This document shows positions 25,941 through 36,812 of a DNA stretch of 64,000 nucleotides, one piece after another. A program made the translations under genes and the position numbers. Below the pieces are notes generated by a model. That model saw only the letters and a program-made list of their open reading frames with translations. It did not search any database and was not told where the DNA came from. This DNA comes from Candidatus Bathyarchaeota archaeon (GTDB lineage Archaea > Thermoproteota > Bathyarchaeia > 40CM-2-53-6 > RBG-13-38-9), in assembly GCA_963807605.1 (NCBI GenBank), contig CAWECG010000003.1:800001-864000 (forward strand), in the 5' to 3' direction. Position 1 is the first letter of the stretch; each line of letters begins with the position of its first letter.

Positions 25941-27905
25941 CTACAGTTGCCTTGCATGTTTCTGATGTTTGCGATCAGAAATTATAGACACAGTGATCCC
26001 GGCAGTAAATAGTGCTACGCCAATCCAGATCAGACTGATAAAGGGTATCACTTTCACTTGTATTCTGAACTTGGACAATTGTGACTCCCTGTTGGTTGAG
26101 AGTTTAAGCAATAGTGCTTGGTAAAGCGAGTCTGTGAAGCCTAAAGTAATATAGATGTCACTCAAGGGCGTTCTAAAGATCAGAGGTCTTGAGGCTAAAC
26201 CGTATACGGTATACAGACCGGTCCACAACTGCCCACTGTGGTTGCTTCCACCCGAAGATGTAACGAGATCAAGTACTAGTGAAGAATGCTCAGGTAAGGT
26301 GCCGTTGTTGGTGTAAATGGATCCGATTGGGCCGCTCATCGTTGCATTTGTGAGCTTGATCGTGACACCACCTCCAGAATATACCTCCCCGACCCTTAGC
26401 AGTTTCTGGTCACTCGATTCCATTGATGAACTGAGGAATACCCCTAGAAGTATTAGAATCAATGACAAATGAATCAAACTCCTGCCTACATGAGCGAAGA
26501 GCTGCGTCCTCTTAATCTTGACCAAATCAGCTAGGAAGGAGTAGAGCGTAAAAGCCAAAGCAAGAAACAGTATTGGCAGACTCAGATTAGCCAGCTGATT
26601 AGAAGTTGGCACTCCCAAGATACTGGCTGCGATCCCACCCAGCAGAGAAACAACTATAATGATTGTACATACTTTCAGTTTTAGTCTTCTAGGTGTATTA
26701 CAACTGATGATCGCAGCTACAAAAAGAATCGTGGGCGGAAGCAGCCACGTATTGTAGAACTCTTTTCCAACGCTGTAAGATGTGCCAAGTAGAATCGAGC
26801 GGATTGCTGGCAACAGAATACCGAGCAGACATATTGCAGTGATATACAGAAGGGCGATATACGAAATTGTTAGGGAGACTGATTCTTTTGACCTGCTTAT
26901 GTTGGATAGTCCGAGGATAGGCCTATTGACTTTACCTTTCAGATACGCGAAAAATCCAGCCAAGTAAATAGATAGAAGAATGAAAAGTGTGGCTGTCCCT
27001 GAGGCTGAGCCCTCGAAGGAGTGGACGGATTCCAAGATTCCACTCCTTGTGATTAGTGTTGCGAATATTACCAAGAGTGCCACAGCTAGGGTTGTGAACT
27101 CCTTGACCAAGCTTCTGCCCTGCGCTGACATTGGTGAGGTGTGAAAGTAGGCTGTTAACATAAGCCAAGGGAGAAGCGAGGCTGTCTCAACCGGATCCCA
27201 AGCCCAGTAGCCTCCCCAACCTAGGACCTCATATGCCCAGATACCACCCAAAGCTATTCCAAGTGTGAAGACAAGCCAGCTCAGTTGCATGAAGAAGCGA
27301 ATGGAACGTTGGTGACTCTCTTTTCTCTTGCTGAGATTCGTAAACGACAGGGCCAACGGGAAGAAGGGAAGAGCGTATCCCAGAAAAATCACCGGCGGGT
27401 GTATAGCCATCCAAGGAGACTGCAAGAGGGGATTAAGGCCAAGCCCTCCTCTGGCTTCAAAGCCCAATTGAGCAAACGGATCTGAGAGTATGGTCGCTGC
27501 CAAGATGAAGATCAAGTATACGCTTAGGTAAATGTAACTCGGCCTGTTCTCTTCAATAGTTCCTCTATGAAGGGTTCTATAGACCAAGTACAGAAGGCTC
27601 AGCATCATTGCCCAGAGAAGCAGAGAGCCACCCACTCCGGCCCAACTGGCGTAGAACTTGTATAGAAAAGGCAGATCAGCTGAACTATATGTGTAGACAT
27701 CCCTCAACGAGAAATTGTTGCTCAGAAATGAGTTGACATAGATGAAAAAAACAAACAGTATGCAGCAGACCGAGAGAAGAAATGCACCTGACCTATTCCA
27801 GTAAGATCCCAAAGAACGGTTATGTCTTGAAAGTTGGTAAATATCGAGAAGAAGGAGAAGGCTCGCAACTGACAACAGTATGTATCCACTGATCATGTTA
27901 ACCAC
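25941..27905 (-). CDS. ccmF: cytochrome c maturation heme lyase CcmF
   Basis: WAGVGGSLLLW, GLNPLLQ, IHPP, WGGYWAWDPVE, RSGILESVHSF. Confidence 0.92.
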   Translation of the reverse strand: MVNMISGYILLSVASLLLLLDIYQLSRHNRSLGSYWNRSGAFLLSVCCILFVFFIYVNSFLSNNFSLRDVYTYSSADLPFLYKFYASWAGVGGSLLLWAMMLSLLYLVYRTLHRGTIEENRPSYIYLSVYLIFILAATILSDPFAQLGFEARGGLGLNPLLQSPWMAIHPPVIFLGYALPFFPLALSFTNLSKRKESHQRSIRFFMQLSWLVFTLGIALGGIWAYEVLGWGGYWAWDPVETASLLPWLMLTAYFHTSPMSAQGRSLVKEFTTLAVALLVIFATLITRSGILESVHSFEGSASGTATLFILLSIYLAGFFAYLKGKVNRPILGLSNISRSKESVSLTISYIALLYITAICLLGILLPAIRSILLGTSYSVGKEFYNTWLLPPTILFVAAIISCNTPRRLKLKVCTIIIVVSLLGGIAASILGVPTSNQLANLSLPILFLALAFTLYSFLADLVKIKRTQLFAHVGRSLIHLSLILILLGVFLSSSMESSDQKLLRVGEVYSGGGVTIKLTNATMSGPIGSIYTNNGTLPEHSSLVLDLVTSSGGSNHSGQLWTGLYTVYGLASRPLIFRTPLSDIYITLGFTDSLYQALLLKLSTNRESQLSKFRIQVKVIPFISLIWIGVALFTAGITVSIISDRKHQKHARQL

Positions 27906-27991
27906 TTGCCCTTAGCAGACTACGAGAGAAATCAAATAAGAGTAATGGTTCCCTACAAAGAATAGAATAACAATCAAGAAGAAAAGCAAAA

Positions 27992-28837
27992 TTGAATATT
28001 AGAACCATAAACCCGTCAGACTTCGATTTCGTAATAGAACTCGCAGCCTCAGAGAAGATAAAATACACAGAGCAGGACCTAACTCGCATTCTTGACTACG
28101 AACCAGACGGCTGCTTTATCGCCACTGACGGCGAAAAACAACTCGGAATAGTCTCGACCATAACTTTTGGCAGAGTGGGCTGGATAGGGAACCTCTTCGT
28201 CGCAAAACAAGCTCGGAGGAGAGGAACGGGAACAAAACTCGCAAAGGAGTGCCTCAAGTACATGCAGAGTAGAGGTGTAGAATTCCCAAAACTATACTGC
28301 TTCCCAAACAGGGTAACCTTCTACAGAAGACTTGGCTTCGTAACCGAACTCAACATCGAAGTCTCAGGAGGATCTGGAAGTAGAACTCCATTTACGGATG
28401 TCGAACAATTGCGAGCAGATTCGTTGGATGAACTGATAGACTTCGATGAAGGATTCTTTGGAGCGAACAGATCTAAGATGCTTCGTAGACTCTATGAAGA
28501 TTTTGGGGAATACTGTTTTGCCGCCTATGCCGATGAGAAACTGGTTGGATACATCATGGCCAGCGGCTCAGAAGGTGACTACGAAGTGGGTCCATGGGTT
28601 TGTGATCCGAAATATCAAGACAAGTTCGCAGAAGAGCTGCTGAAAGCCGAGATCAACAAGCTTAGCGATAACCGCTTCGAACTCTCGTCACCCATGCATA
28701 ACACATTAACCGAGAGTATTATTGAGAATCGTGGATTGGAATCGACAGGTGTAGCTGTAAGGATGGGATTCAAGCAAAACGTTCCCATAGGGATAACGGA
28801 GGGTATACTCGGAATAGGTGGCCTCGATAGAGGCTGA
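27992..28837 (+). CDS. GNAT family N-acetyltransferase (two-domain)
   Basis: GWIGNLFV...RRRGTG, FYRRLGF. Confidence 0.85.
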   Translation: MNIRTINPSDFDFVIELAASEKIKYTEQDLTRILDYEPDGCFIATDGEKQLGIVSTITFGRVGWIGNLFVAKQARRRGTGTKLAKECLKYMQSRGVEFPKLYCFPNRVTFYRRLGFVTELNIEVSGGSGSRTPFTDVEQLRADSLDELIDFDEGFFGANRSKMLRRLYEDFGEYCFAAYADEKLVGYIMASGSEGDYEVGPWVCDPKYQDKFAEELLKAEINKLSDNRFELSSPMHNTLTESIIENRGLESTGVAVRMGFKQNVPIGITEGILGIGGLDRG

Positions 28838-28839
28838 AT

Positions 28840-29466
28840 CTATTCACGCATAAAACGTATGAATTCTTCCTTGGATCGGGGTCTGAGCGTGTAGTTGTTC
28901 TTCTTTTCGAAGCCAAGAGTGGAATCGGGTCTTGGACCGTAATCGTGTCCTGGATAAACCTCTATTGCATCATCAAGTTCGATGATCTTTCCGAATAGGC
29001 TATCGTACAGACTTGCTGAGCTACCTCCTAGCAGATCTGTTCTCCCACATTCTCCCACGAATAACGTATCTCCTGTGAGGAGTTTATTGTTAACTAGCAA
29101 ACAGATACTGTCAGGTGTGTGACCCGGCGTATGGATAATCTTTATGCTAATTCCATCTATCTTGATTACATCTCCATCCTTGAGCTTGAGGTCTACATCG
29201 TAGACCGCAGCCTCATGCTTCAGGATCTTGGCACCCGTCTTCACAGCCAACTCTCTGTTTCCTGCCGTATGATCTTGATGGGAATGTGTATTGATTATGT
29301 ATCTGAGATTCAATTTGTCTTCTCCAAGGGCAGCCATAATCTCCGTTACGACACCTGAGGGATCGACCACAACAGCCTGTCTTGACTCTTCATCACCGAT
29401 TAGGTAGGCGAAATTTCTAGAGTTTTCAACCAGAAATCTTCTAAAGATCATACTAAACTTCACCAT
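28840..29466 (-). CDS. MBL-fold hydrolase (glyoxalase II-like)
   Basis: THSHQDH, TPGHT, TGDTLF, YPGHDY. Confidence 0.9.
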   Translation of the reverse strand: MVKFSMIFRRFLVENSRNFAYLIGDEESRQAVVVDPSGVVTEIMAALGEDKLNLRYIINTHSHQDHTAGNRELAVKTGAKILKHEAAVYDVDLKLKDGDVIKIDGISIKIIHTPGHTPDSICLLVNNKLLTGDTLFVGECGRTDLLGGSSASLYDSLFGKIIELDDAIEVYPGHDYGPRPDSTLGFEKKNNYTLRPRSKEEFIRFMRE

Positions 29467-29471
29467 GACAT

Positions 29472-30248
29472 TTACTGATGGTGTCGACTCTTCGGTCTCA
29501 TAGTAATGAATTCTGTAACCAATTTTAGTTGGGGGGTCCCACCTCCCTCCGCAATGATCTGAAGCATCTTCTCAGCATCAAGCACCCTTGCACCACCTAT
29601 CAGAGTTACCCCACGCTCAAAGAGCGGGTCAGGTATGACATTGGCGGACGGCCCTACAAGAGCAACCTCTTCGGCTTTCTTAGACAAATCCAAGATTCTG
29701 TCCAGTGTTCCGTTCGCCAGAGTTGAACCTGTCGCGATGACAACATCTGCGTTGGGTAAGAGCTCTTCGGCAGCAGTGTCTGGAAACATTCCTTCCTCAC
29801 GAAGGAGTGAACTACGCTCGATAATGAATAACGATTTGGATTTTTCCCTCAAAGTCCGAATTAGGGGACCCAGACCACCAATCATAACTACATTGCTAGT
29901 AGATTTGACTTGAAGCTCGTCTATCACGTTTGATCGCTTAAGAAGGTAGGATGCAGCTTCGGTGCCAAAGAATACTTGTGACAAGGCGTTGAGGGTAGCA
30001 AAACCTAGGACGCTCTGGCTGACATCCCATGACTTAGACATGTAAGCGATGTCAATCGCTTGGCTTCCTGCTATCTTGCCTGCTCTGTCGCTAACTTGGC
30101 AACAGTAAGGCGACATCTCATGTGAAAGTGTATGACATAAACCAGCATGCCCAGAGCTTAACTTGACACCAGTATACCCGAGCCCAATACATGCCTTCTC
30201 CACAGTCAGCTTCTCAAGCTCGGGTATCCTTTCCTCTACCAAAGCCAA
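29472..30248 (-). CDS. DUF364 Rossmann-like domain protein
   Basis: GLGYTGVKL, ATLNALS, TGSTLANGT, GPSA. Confidence 0.8.
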   Translation of the reverse strand: MALVEERIPELEKLTVEKACIGLGYTGVKLSSGHAGLCHTLSHEMSPYCCQVSDRAGKIAGSQAIDIAYMSKSWDVSQSVLGFATLNALSQVFFGTEAASYLLKRSNVIDELQVKSTSNVVMIGGLGPLIRTLREKSKSLFIIERSSLLREEGMFPDTAAEELLPNADVVIATGSTLANGTLDRILDLSKKAEEVALVGPSANVIPDPLFERGVTLIGGARVLDAEKMLQIIAEGGGTPQLKLVTEFITMRPKSRHHQ

Positions 30249-30341
30249 AAGTTCCTCAACAATCCTAATCTGGGCAACCTCCCATGTAATCTGTCAGATG
30301 ATAATGGAAATTCAATTCGAAATAGAGCCGGCCGCCTCGTG

Positions 30342-30695
30342 CTAGTCTGGTTTGAGTTTTCTGACTTTATCCAAGGCATCCAGCCATGTCGACAGGGCCT
30401 TCCCACACTGTGTAAGTCTCTCATCATTGCTCTCAGTCATTAGTACACTGTTTATTTCTCTTATCTTGGAAAGAATTGTCTGCTCGACTTCATCGAGCAC
30501 TCTTCCACTCATAATCTTGCCTTCTTCCTCAGTAGCTTTGACTATGACGACGGGCTTGTTGCATTTTGCGCAGATAATCTCGTTCCTCACTCGAAATAGG
30601 GGCGAACCGCACTCTGGACACGACTGTGAAAGCATGGTAGCGCCAGACTTTAGAAGCTCGGACATCCTTTTCAGTTCTGAACTCACACTAACCAC
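30342..30695 (-). CDS. UPF0148 / Sjogren autoantigen-1 family zinc-ribbon protein
   Basis: GATMLSQSCPECGSPLF...CAKC. Confidence 0.85.
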   Translation of the reverse strand: MVSVSSELKRMSELLKSGATMLSQSCPECGSPLFRVRNEIICAKCNKPVVIVKATEEEGKIMSGRVLDEVEQTILSKIREINSVLMTESNDERLTQCGKALSTWLDALDKVRKLKPD

Positions 30696-30773
30696 CGGAG
30701 AAAAATCAGGAAGAGTTTTAGGTTGGATCCATAGATGACTTGATTTACAGATATATAAGGTGGGATTCAGGGC

Positions 30774-31052
30774 ATGTCCAAGGCGAAGAAAAGGGAAGAA
30801 TTTGAAGGAAGAATAAGGCAGGCGCTAGGTGTACTGGGTGAGGTGTCTCAGGATAATACAACACCCAGAAACATCAGAAGATCCGCTAAGAACGCTATGG
30901 ATGCCCTTCAGCTGCCTGAACACAGCCTAGGCGTGAGGGCCTCAAATGCAATAGCAACACTTGATGAGATTTCTCAGGATCCCAATATGCCCCAGTACAC
31001 TCGAGTTAAACTCTGGAGCGTAGCCAGCTTACTCGAAGCCATAAAAGACTAG
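30774..31052 (+). CDS. UPF0147 family protein
   Basis: DNTTPRNIRR, DPNMPQYTRV. Confidence 0.9.
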   Translation: MSKAKKREEFEGRIRQALGVLGEVSQDNTTPRNIRRSAKNAMDALQLPEHSLGVRASNAIATLDEISQDPNMPQYTRVKLWSVASLLEAIKD

Positions 31053-31162
31053 AACGAAGACTTCCGAACCTGCGTGCGCTACCTACCGCTCGTATTCCTA
31101 TTTCTACTTAATATGGCTTAGCCAGATGTGAGCGCGCGCTTCTGGCTATCTTCAGTCTCGCA

Positions 31163-31540
31163 TTGTATTACTCACTGGTGACCTCCCAACAATCAAACGG
31201 AGCTATCAGACTAATGATAAGAAAACCATCTGAACTTCCAAAAGGTGTTGAAGGAGAACTCGATGTAGAGACTGAAAAAGAGGGGTTAGTGGATCCAAGC
31301 AGGAATGATTTTGTGAAAATTTCGCTAGTTGACAATAGTTATGCCAAGTTGGGCTTTTCTGATCGAACAGGTACCATATGGTCCTGGATGTTAATGATTA
31401 GACTTGAGGCGGGTAAAGTTCAGTTCAAATTTGTAGACAGTCAAATGGAAAGGATTCACGTGTCGGTGGAGTGGATAGAAGGAAAGTCGCCGTTGAAATC
31501 GTATGTGATCGAATTATATAATGGGTTGCGAGTCTCCTAG
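31163..31540 (+). CDS. 'VDxxRND' Ig-like surface protein paralogue, apparently 5'-truncated
   Basis: GLVDPSRNDFVKISL...WIEGKSPL shared with 42940, 46170, 54372; in-frame hydrophobic stretch upstream begins right after GCGCGCGC at 31132, without a start codon. Confidence 0.55.
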   Translation: MYYSLVTSQQSNGAIRLMIRKPSELPKGVEGELDVETEKEGLVDPSRNDFVKISLVDNSYAKLGFSDRTGTIWSWMLMIRLEAGKVQFKFVDSQMERIHVSVEWIEGKSPLKSYVIELYNGLRVS

Positions 31541-31655
31541 AGTCTTGATGTGGTTCTGTCGAAAAGAATTATGAATTGGGTTAAGGATAGTAACCAAGTC
31601 AACGTTCACGAACCTTGACTTGGATTAGTTAAAGTCAGCAACAATTTCGAGGTGG

Positions 31656-32288
31656 ATGTGGAACCGTTTGATTCTAAGAGGAAAAACATGCGCTTCTCGT
31701 CTGAATAGTAATTCTTCATGGAAATGTAATGTTGCCAGTTTACGCGTAAATAATAGCCGGGAAGGACGAGAAGCAGGTGCGCGACGTAGACTACGAACTG
31801 TCGGCTTTATCCTAGTTGTCCTCATTCTGGTTGCCGCTTTATCTTATCTTTTTGTGGTCAAGCCACGCCTAGCTGCTCCAACTGGAGTAGTGTCTTTGAC
31901 GACGGAGCAGAAGGAAGTTGATGATTTCCTGAGAAAATATTATCTTGCGTACGGTAACGGATCTGTCAGCAGACTTATTTTATTATTTGATGATGAAGCA
32001 ATCTTGTCAGCTCCTGACAGCTCGGTTCACAAAGGTCTTTCAGAAATAAGCCACTACTACGCAGAATTATTCGTCGGTTACGAGGGAGCAGAAATCAGAA
32101 CTACAATATTAGAGATTGAGATCCGCGGCAAAGATGCACACGCCAGCTACAATGTTGGACTGAGGACATGGCATTTCGGTGCGACTGAGCCCCCACAATT
32201 CTTCTATAAAGACAGTTTTGATCTAAGAAAGACGGGGGATACGTGGAAAATAACTGCTTTGCTGACAGAGACGAGCCAACCTAGATAG
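31656..32288 (+). CDS. membrane-anchored NTF2/SnoaL-like protein
   Basis: TM helix, LFDDEAILSAP, DTWKITAL; close paralogue of 43514..44065. Confidence 0.7.
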   Translation: MWNRLILRGKTCASRLNSNSSWKCNVASLRVNNSREGREAGARRRLRTVGFILVVLILVAALSYLFVVKPRLAAPTGVVSLTTEQKEVDDFLRKYYLAYGNGSVSRLILLFDDEAILSAPDSSVHKGLSEISHYYAELFVGYEGAEIRTTILEIEIRGKDAHASYNVGLRTWHFGATEPPQFFYKDSFDLRKTGDTWKITALLTETSQPR

Positions 32289-32473
32289 GCACTCCAGTCA
32301 CCGCACCTAGCAGGCATCTAATCTCAATAATTGCTTAGCAGTTTAAGTATTCTAAGCTTCATCATTTTGTGTGCATGTTATTGTTCGATACACACCAGAC
32401 GCATCCCTAATGCAGGCGTGTATCAGAACAACTACAAGAACCGGAAGATCTTATATAAAGACATTAGTTCTTC

Positions 32474-33691
32474 TTGGGTGAGGTTTCAAGATTGCCTAAC
32501 CCAAAATATTCAAAGTTTCTGGAAGAAAGGGCCACTGAGCTAAAGCAGATTGGCTTCGCACCTCATATTCGGGTTCTGTCAGGTCCAAACTCCACCAAAG
32601 CTAATCTCGACGGAAAAGAGGTCTTGGTTCTTTGTGCAAACAACTACCTCGGATTAGCAAACCATCCAGAGATGATGAAAGCCGCCAAAGAGGCCATCGA
32701 CAAATATGGAGCCGGAATGGGTACGGGCCGGATGATAATGACCTATGACATTCAGAACGAACTGGAGGAGAAGCTTGCAGGATTCAAGTCTTCAAAGGCC
32801 TCACTATGTTTCCCGACAGGCTACGTTGCGAATTTAGGAGGCATATGGCCACTGATGGCTGAGGGTGACACGATCATAAGTGAAGAACTCAACCATGCCA
32901 GTATAATTGATGGGTGTAGAATGTCCAGAAATGTGAACCGTCTTGTGTACAAACATTTAGACATGATAGATTTGGAAGAGAAACTTAAGACCAGTATGAA
33001 AGACCGCTCCAAAGGCAAGAGCATGATAATCTCAGACGCAGTCTTTAGTATGGACGGTGACATATGCAAGCTACCAGAGATGGTTGAACTCGCCGAGAAA
33101 TATGACGCGTTCGTCTTCATCGACGAAGCACACGCTTCAGGAGTTCTCGGAAAGACAGGAAAAGGTACTGTCGAACACTTCAATCTTTACGGAAGGGTTG
33201 AGGTCCAGATGGGAACGCTTTCAAAAGCAATAGCAACTGTTGGAGGATATGTTGCTGGAAGCGAGGACTTGGTCTACTATCTGAGGCGTGCATCTAGACC
33301 CTTTGTCTTTTCAACAGGATTCCTAGACCCAGCAACATGTGGCGCAACGATGAAGGCCCTTGAGATAATAGAGAGGGAGCCGCAACGCGTGCAGAAACTC
33401 TGGGATAACACTAGATACTTTAAGAAAGGATTGGAGGACTTAGGGTTCAATACAGGAGTCAGCCAGACACCCATTACCCCCGTCATAGTCGGTCCAACGG
33501 AGAAGGCCCGCGATCTGAGCAAGTATCTGTACGAAGAAGAAAGTATCTACGTCCAAGCCTTCAGCTACCCAGTCGTACCGAAGGAAACGGCGCGAGTAAG
33601 AACCATAGTCAACGCACATCATACACGTGAACAGTTGGATTCTGCGCTGGGTGCCTTCGAAAGAGTGGGAAAGAAATTAGACTTACTCTGA
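32474..33691 (+). CDS. class II PLP aminotransferase (glycine C-acetyltransferase / AONS family)
   Basis: NNYLGL, NHASIIDG, VFSMDGD, DEAHASG, GTLSKA. Confidence 0.9.
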   Translation: MGEVSRLPNPKYSKFLEERATELKQIGFAPHIRVLSGPNSTKANLDGKEVLVLCANNYLGLANHPEMMKAAKEAIDKYGAGMGTGRMIMTYDIQNELEEKLAGFKSSKASLCFPTGYVANLGGIWPLMAEGDTIISEELNHASIIDGCRMSRNVNRLVYKHLDMIDLEEKLKTSMKDRSKGKSMIISDAVFSMDGDICKLPEMVELAEKYDAFVFIDEAHASGVLGKTGKGTVEHFNLYGRVEVQMGTLSKAIATVGGYVAGSEDLVYYLRRASRPFVFSTGFLDPATCGATMKALEIIEREPQRVQKLWDNTRYFKKGLEDLGFNTGVSQTPITPVIVGPTEKARDLSKYLYEEESIYVQAFSYPVVPKETARVRTIVNAHHTREQLDSALGAFERVGKKLDLL

Positions 33692-33746
33692 AGGCATTCG
33701 ACGAATTAAGATTCTTCAGAGTAAGATTTCCTTTTTCTTACGATCG

Positions 33747-34628
33747 TTAAACGCTTTCATAGATTTCTTTTAGAATCTTGATGTTTTCCTTCAAGGTCTT
33801 GACGGGATCTTGGAGGTTTAGTAATTCAAGAGAGTAGTAACCGTCGTATTTCTTCTGTTTCAGGGCTTTAATGAATTTTACAAGGTCGCTCTTGGGCATC
33901 GTGCCGACATCTAGAGGTGTATGAATGTCATTCTTTCCATCGTTGTTGTCAAAGTGGATATGATAGAGCTTATCGGTCTTCATGATGGTCTCCATAGGAT
34001 CCTCCTTGGTCATATTCAAGTGTCCAATGTCTATCAAGGCGCCGAAGTTCTCTATTTTGAATTCCTTTATGAGTTGGTTAAGATAATCTGCTTTATCCAC
34101 AATCTTTCCAGGAGAATGTTCAATACACATTTTGACTCCTGCCGCTTTTGCATAATCACATGACTCAACTAGAGATTCGCGTAGCAATTCCACAACTTTG
34201 CCGATATCGGGCACATCACTTCTGTTAGTTGGAGTGACCAAGTAGATATTATCCGCTCCGAAGTCATTAGCCCAGTCGACGCAATCTTTGACATACTGAA
34301 TAGTTCTCTCCCTCACGGTTCTGTCAGGGCTCTCCAAACAGAATCGTCCCCCACCCAAGGCTATTGGAGGCCCAGTCGCGACCATCATGCCTTCCAAGCC
34401 GAGTCTACTCAAGATATTCTTTGTTTCTCTTCGCCTTTCTGGTGTAAGCTCCTCAGGATATGCTAGGATCTCTACCCCTTCGAAACCGGCCTCCTTACTG
34501 AGCTCCAGCCTTTTCTCAGGTTTCTCCTTCAGGAAAGTGACAGTGTTTATTCCAATCTTCAATGTGGATCCGCTCAGATTCTGACTAGCATCCAAAAACA
34601 ATATATGCTTTTCACAACTTGTCATCAA
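33747..34628 (-). CDS. sugar phosphate isomerase/epimerase TIM barrel (start likely near 34575)
   Basis: GFEGVE, IE, DIGH, HIHFDNN, YSLE. Confidence 0.82.
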   Translation of the reverse strand: MMTSCEKHILFLDASQNLSGSTLKIGINTVTFLKEKPEKRLELSKEAGFEGVEILAYPEELTPERRRETKNILSRLGLEGMMVATGPPIALGGGRFCLESPDRTVRERTIQYVKDCVDWANDFGADNIYLVTPTNRSDVPDIGKVVELLRESLVESCDYAKAAGVKMCIEHSPGKIVDKADYLNQLIKEFKIENFGALIDIGHLNMTKEDPMETIMKTDKLYHIHFDNNDGKNDIHTPLDVGTMPKSDLVKFIKALKQKKYDGYYSLELLNLQDPVKTLKENIKILKEIYESV

Positions 34629-34950
34629 AAAATTCTGCTAGACTAGTCTATAGTTCACGTAATCTTTGGAAGCGCAAGCGCGACACAGAGGGAATGAATT
34701 ATGTGTGTGTCCTAGCTGGTGAGGGAATCAGAATTCGGACTGTTAGCTTTGCGTGCGCTTGCCAGTTATGACGTACACAAGAGGATATCAACAACCCTAG
34801 GTACGCGCGCGCCTAATCTTGATTTACGAGATCTCGAACTACATGCAGGTAGATAGATCCTATAGGAACAGTAACAACAGTTTATGTGAGAATTGCTATC
34901 GCTGATGCCAATCCGTTCAACAAAAAAGAAAAAGGAGGGGATTTTGTGGT

Positions 34951-36336
34951 CTAGAGCGTAGACCACTTTGCCATTGGATATCTCAGCGGCGCCTTCGCGA
35001 CCTTGTCTGGCCAGACGCAGACTGGTTTACCATCCTGCCACTGCAATGCTGACATCTGATGGCCTGTCTGCCAGCCAGTCACTGGATCTATTTGAAAATC
35101 TCCGTAGAAACCGGTGAAACTTACTCCGCCGATAGCTGCTCTGACTGCATCAGAGTCCAGTGGGTTACTACATTTCTCCATAGCTGCCTGCAAGACAAGG
35201 CCCTGAGTGAAACCTATTCCTGCTGGGTAGCCAGGCGCTACGTTGTAGTCATTCTTGAATTGTGAAACGAACCAGTCTTCCGTTGGTCCATAGTTGGAGG
35301 GGTAATTCTCTCCCGGAACCCACTGGGTGATGGAAATTAAGTTTTCGCCGTATTTGGGGCCCAGACCGTCGTAGAATGCTTGGTATACTGCTCCTGTGCC
35401 GCAGTACAGTAGTGCCAGATCCAACCCGATCTGCTGAACACCCTTTGCAACTAGGGGTGCTTTAGCGCCGGCTTCGAATAGGAGTACCTTTGGGTTGGCT
35501 GCTTTGACCCTTGTGAGTACCGGGGTAAAATCTGTTGCATCGAAAGATACCTTCTCATAGTAGACTATGTTCAGCTGAGACTGTTGCTTTGCCCATTGAT
35601 AGCCCCATGTCCCAGCTATGATTCCAAATGCGTCATCCGTGTGAACTATCGCTATGTCCTTTGCAGTTGGATCGTTGGGTAGAACCTTGTTAATGATCAT
35701 CTCATTCAAGGTATTCAGATAGTTGCTTCCGTTAGTGCAGACCATCACAACATATTTCCAGTTTTTCCACTGCGCTGGGTCAAAGGTAGCGGTCCCATAC
35801 AAATTCAGTTTATGATATTTCTCCACTGCAGCAACCGTCGCTTGACCTAAGGGTGCCCATACCGGGCCCATCAGGAAGTCGACTTTATCCTCGCTGATCA
35901 GTTTCTCATAGAATCTGCTGACATTCTCAGGCTTTGACTCATCATTGTAGATATCCAAATCGACCATGTACGTGTTTCCGTCTCCAGCCTTTATTCCGCC
36001 TTGGTCGTTGACCCACTTATTCGCCCAGATTGTCAACCCACGATCTTCATCTATACCGAGTAGACCCACAACGCCGGTTAGAGGCTTGGTTCCACCAACT
36101 TTTACTGTCAGTTTCTGGCCGCCAGTGCTTGTCATAGTTGGAGTTGCAGATGAATTCATACTTGGGGACACAGGCTTGCCGTAAAACTGGTAAGCTCCGT
36201 ATCCAGCAGCAGCTATCACACCCACAGCAACAATGCCGCCAGCGTACTTCAGATAAGCACGTCTAGTAATCTTCTTCTTCTCTTCAGTCGCCTTCGCTTC
36301 AATCTTCTTTTCTTCGCTAGGTTTTTCATCACTCAA
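34951..36336 (-). CDS. ABC-type branched-chain amino acid-like substrate-binding protein with twin-Arg signal
   Basis: TRRAYLK plus TM, EKLISEDKVDFLMGP, periplasmic binding protein type I; no permeases adjacent. Confidence 0.85.
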   Translation of the reverse strand: MSDEKPSEEKKIEAKATEEKKKITRRAYLKYAGGIVAVGVIAAAGYGAYQFYGKPVSPSMNSSATPTMTSTGGQKLTVKVGGTKPLTGVVGLLGIDEDRGLTIWANKWVNDQGGIKAGDGNTYMVDLDIYNDESKPENVSRFYEKLISEDKVDFLMGPVWAPLGQATVAAVEKYHKLNLYGTATFDPAQWKNWKYVVMVCTNGSNYLNTLNEMIINKVLPNDPTAKDIAIVHTDDAFGIIAGTWGYQWAKQQSQLNIVYYEKVSFDATDFTPVLTRVKAANPKVLLFEAGAKAPLVAKGVQQIGLDLALLYCGTGAVYQAFYDGLGPKYGENLISITQWVPGENYPSNYGPTEDWFVSQFKNDYNVAPGYPAGIGFTQGLVLQAAMEKCSNPLDSDAVRAAIGGVSFTGFYGDFQIDPVTGWQTGHQMSALQWQDGKPVCVWPDKVAKAPLRYPMAKWSTL

Positions 36337-36435
36337 TCGAAAGAACCTCTATTTTAGGGTCAACAAAGGCGTGCTTATATGAATTGCGGCTCAAGGGTGC
36401 TGTCAAGTTGTCGGTTGATACGATTCTAGCGCGCG

Positions 36436-36765
36436 CTACCTGACTTCAATTCTTACAGTTGGTGATATCATTTTCTCATGATCCATATCTCCAGGCCACA
36501 ATGCCCTCAACAGATAGGATCCAGAGGCTGTTGGCTTCCAGAGATAGGAGTAATTGCCGTCTTGAGTGGCAACCATATTGAGGTTATCCCAAGTCGATCC
36601 TTCATCCTTGCTTATTTGAATGAAAACTAGGGCCAAGTGAACTGGCCATATATTCCCAGATATGCGCACAAAGGAATCTCGATCGGCCGACTGCTCTGAT
36701 AGCTCACATGTGATCACACTCTTGGCTTTAGGAAAGTAAGGAATATCCATCCATCGTCCCAGCAA
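36436..36765 (-). CDS. Ig-like beta-sandwich fragment / hypothetical protein
   Basis: DGNYSYLWKPT..GSYLLRALWPGD. Confidence 0.55.
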   Translation of the reverse strand: MLGRWMDIPYFPKAKSVITCELSEQSADRDSFVRISGNIWPVHLALVFIQISKDEGSTWDNLNMVATQDGNYSYLWKPTASGSYLLRALWPGDMDHEKMISPTVRIEVR

Positions 36766-36812
36766 TAGGCTTGAAGTACCTTAACCTAGCTATTTAAAAT
36801 TCGAGTAAGATC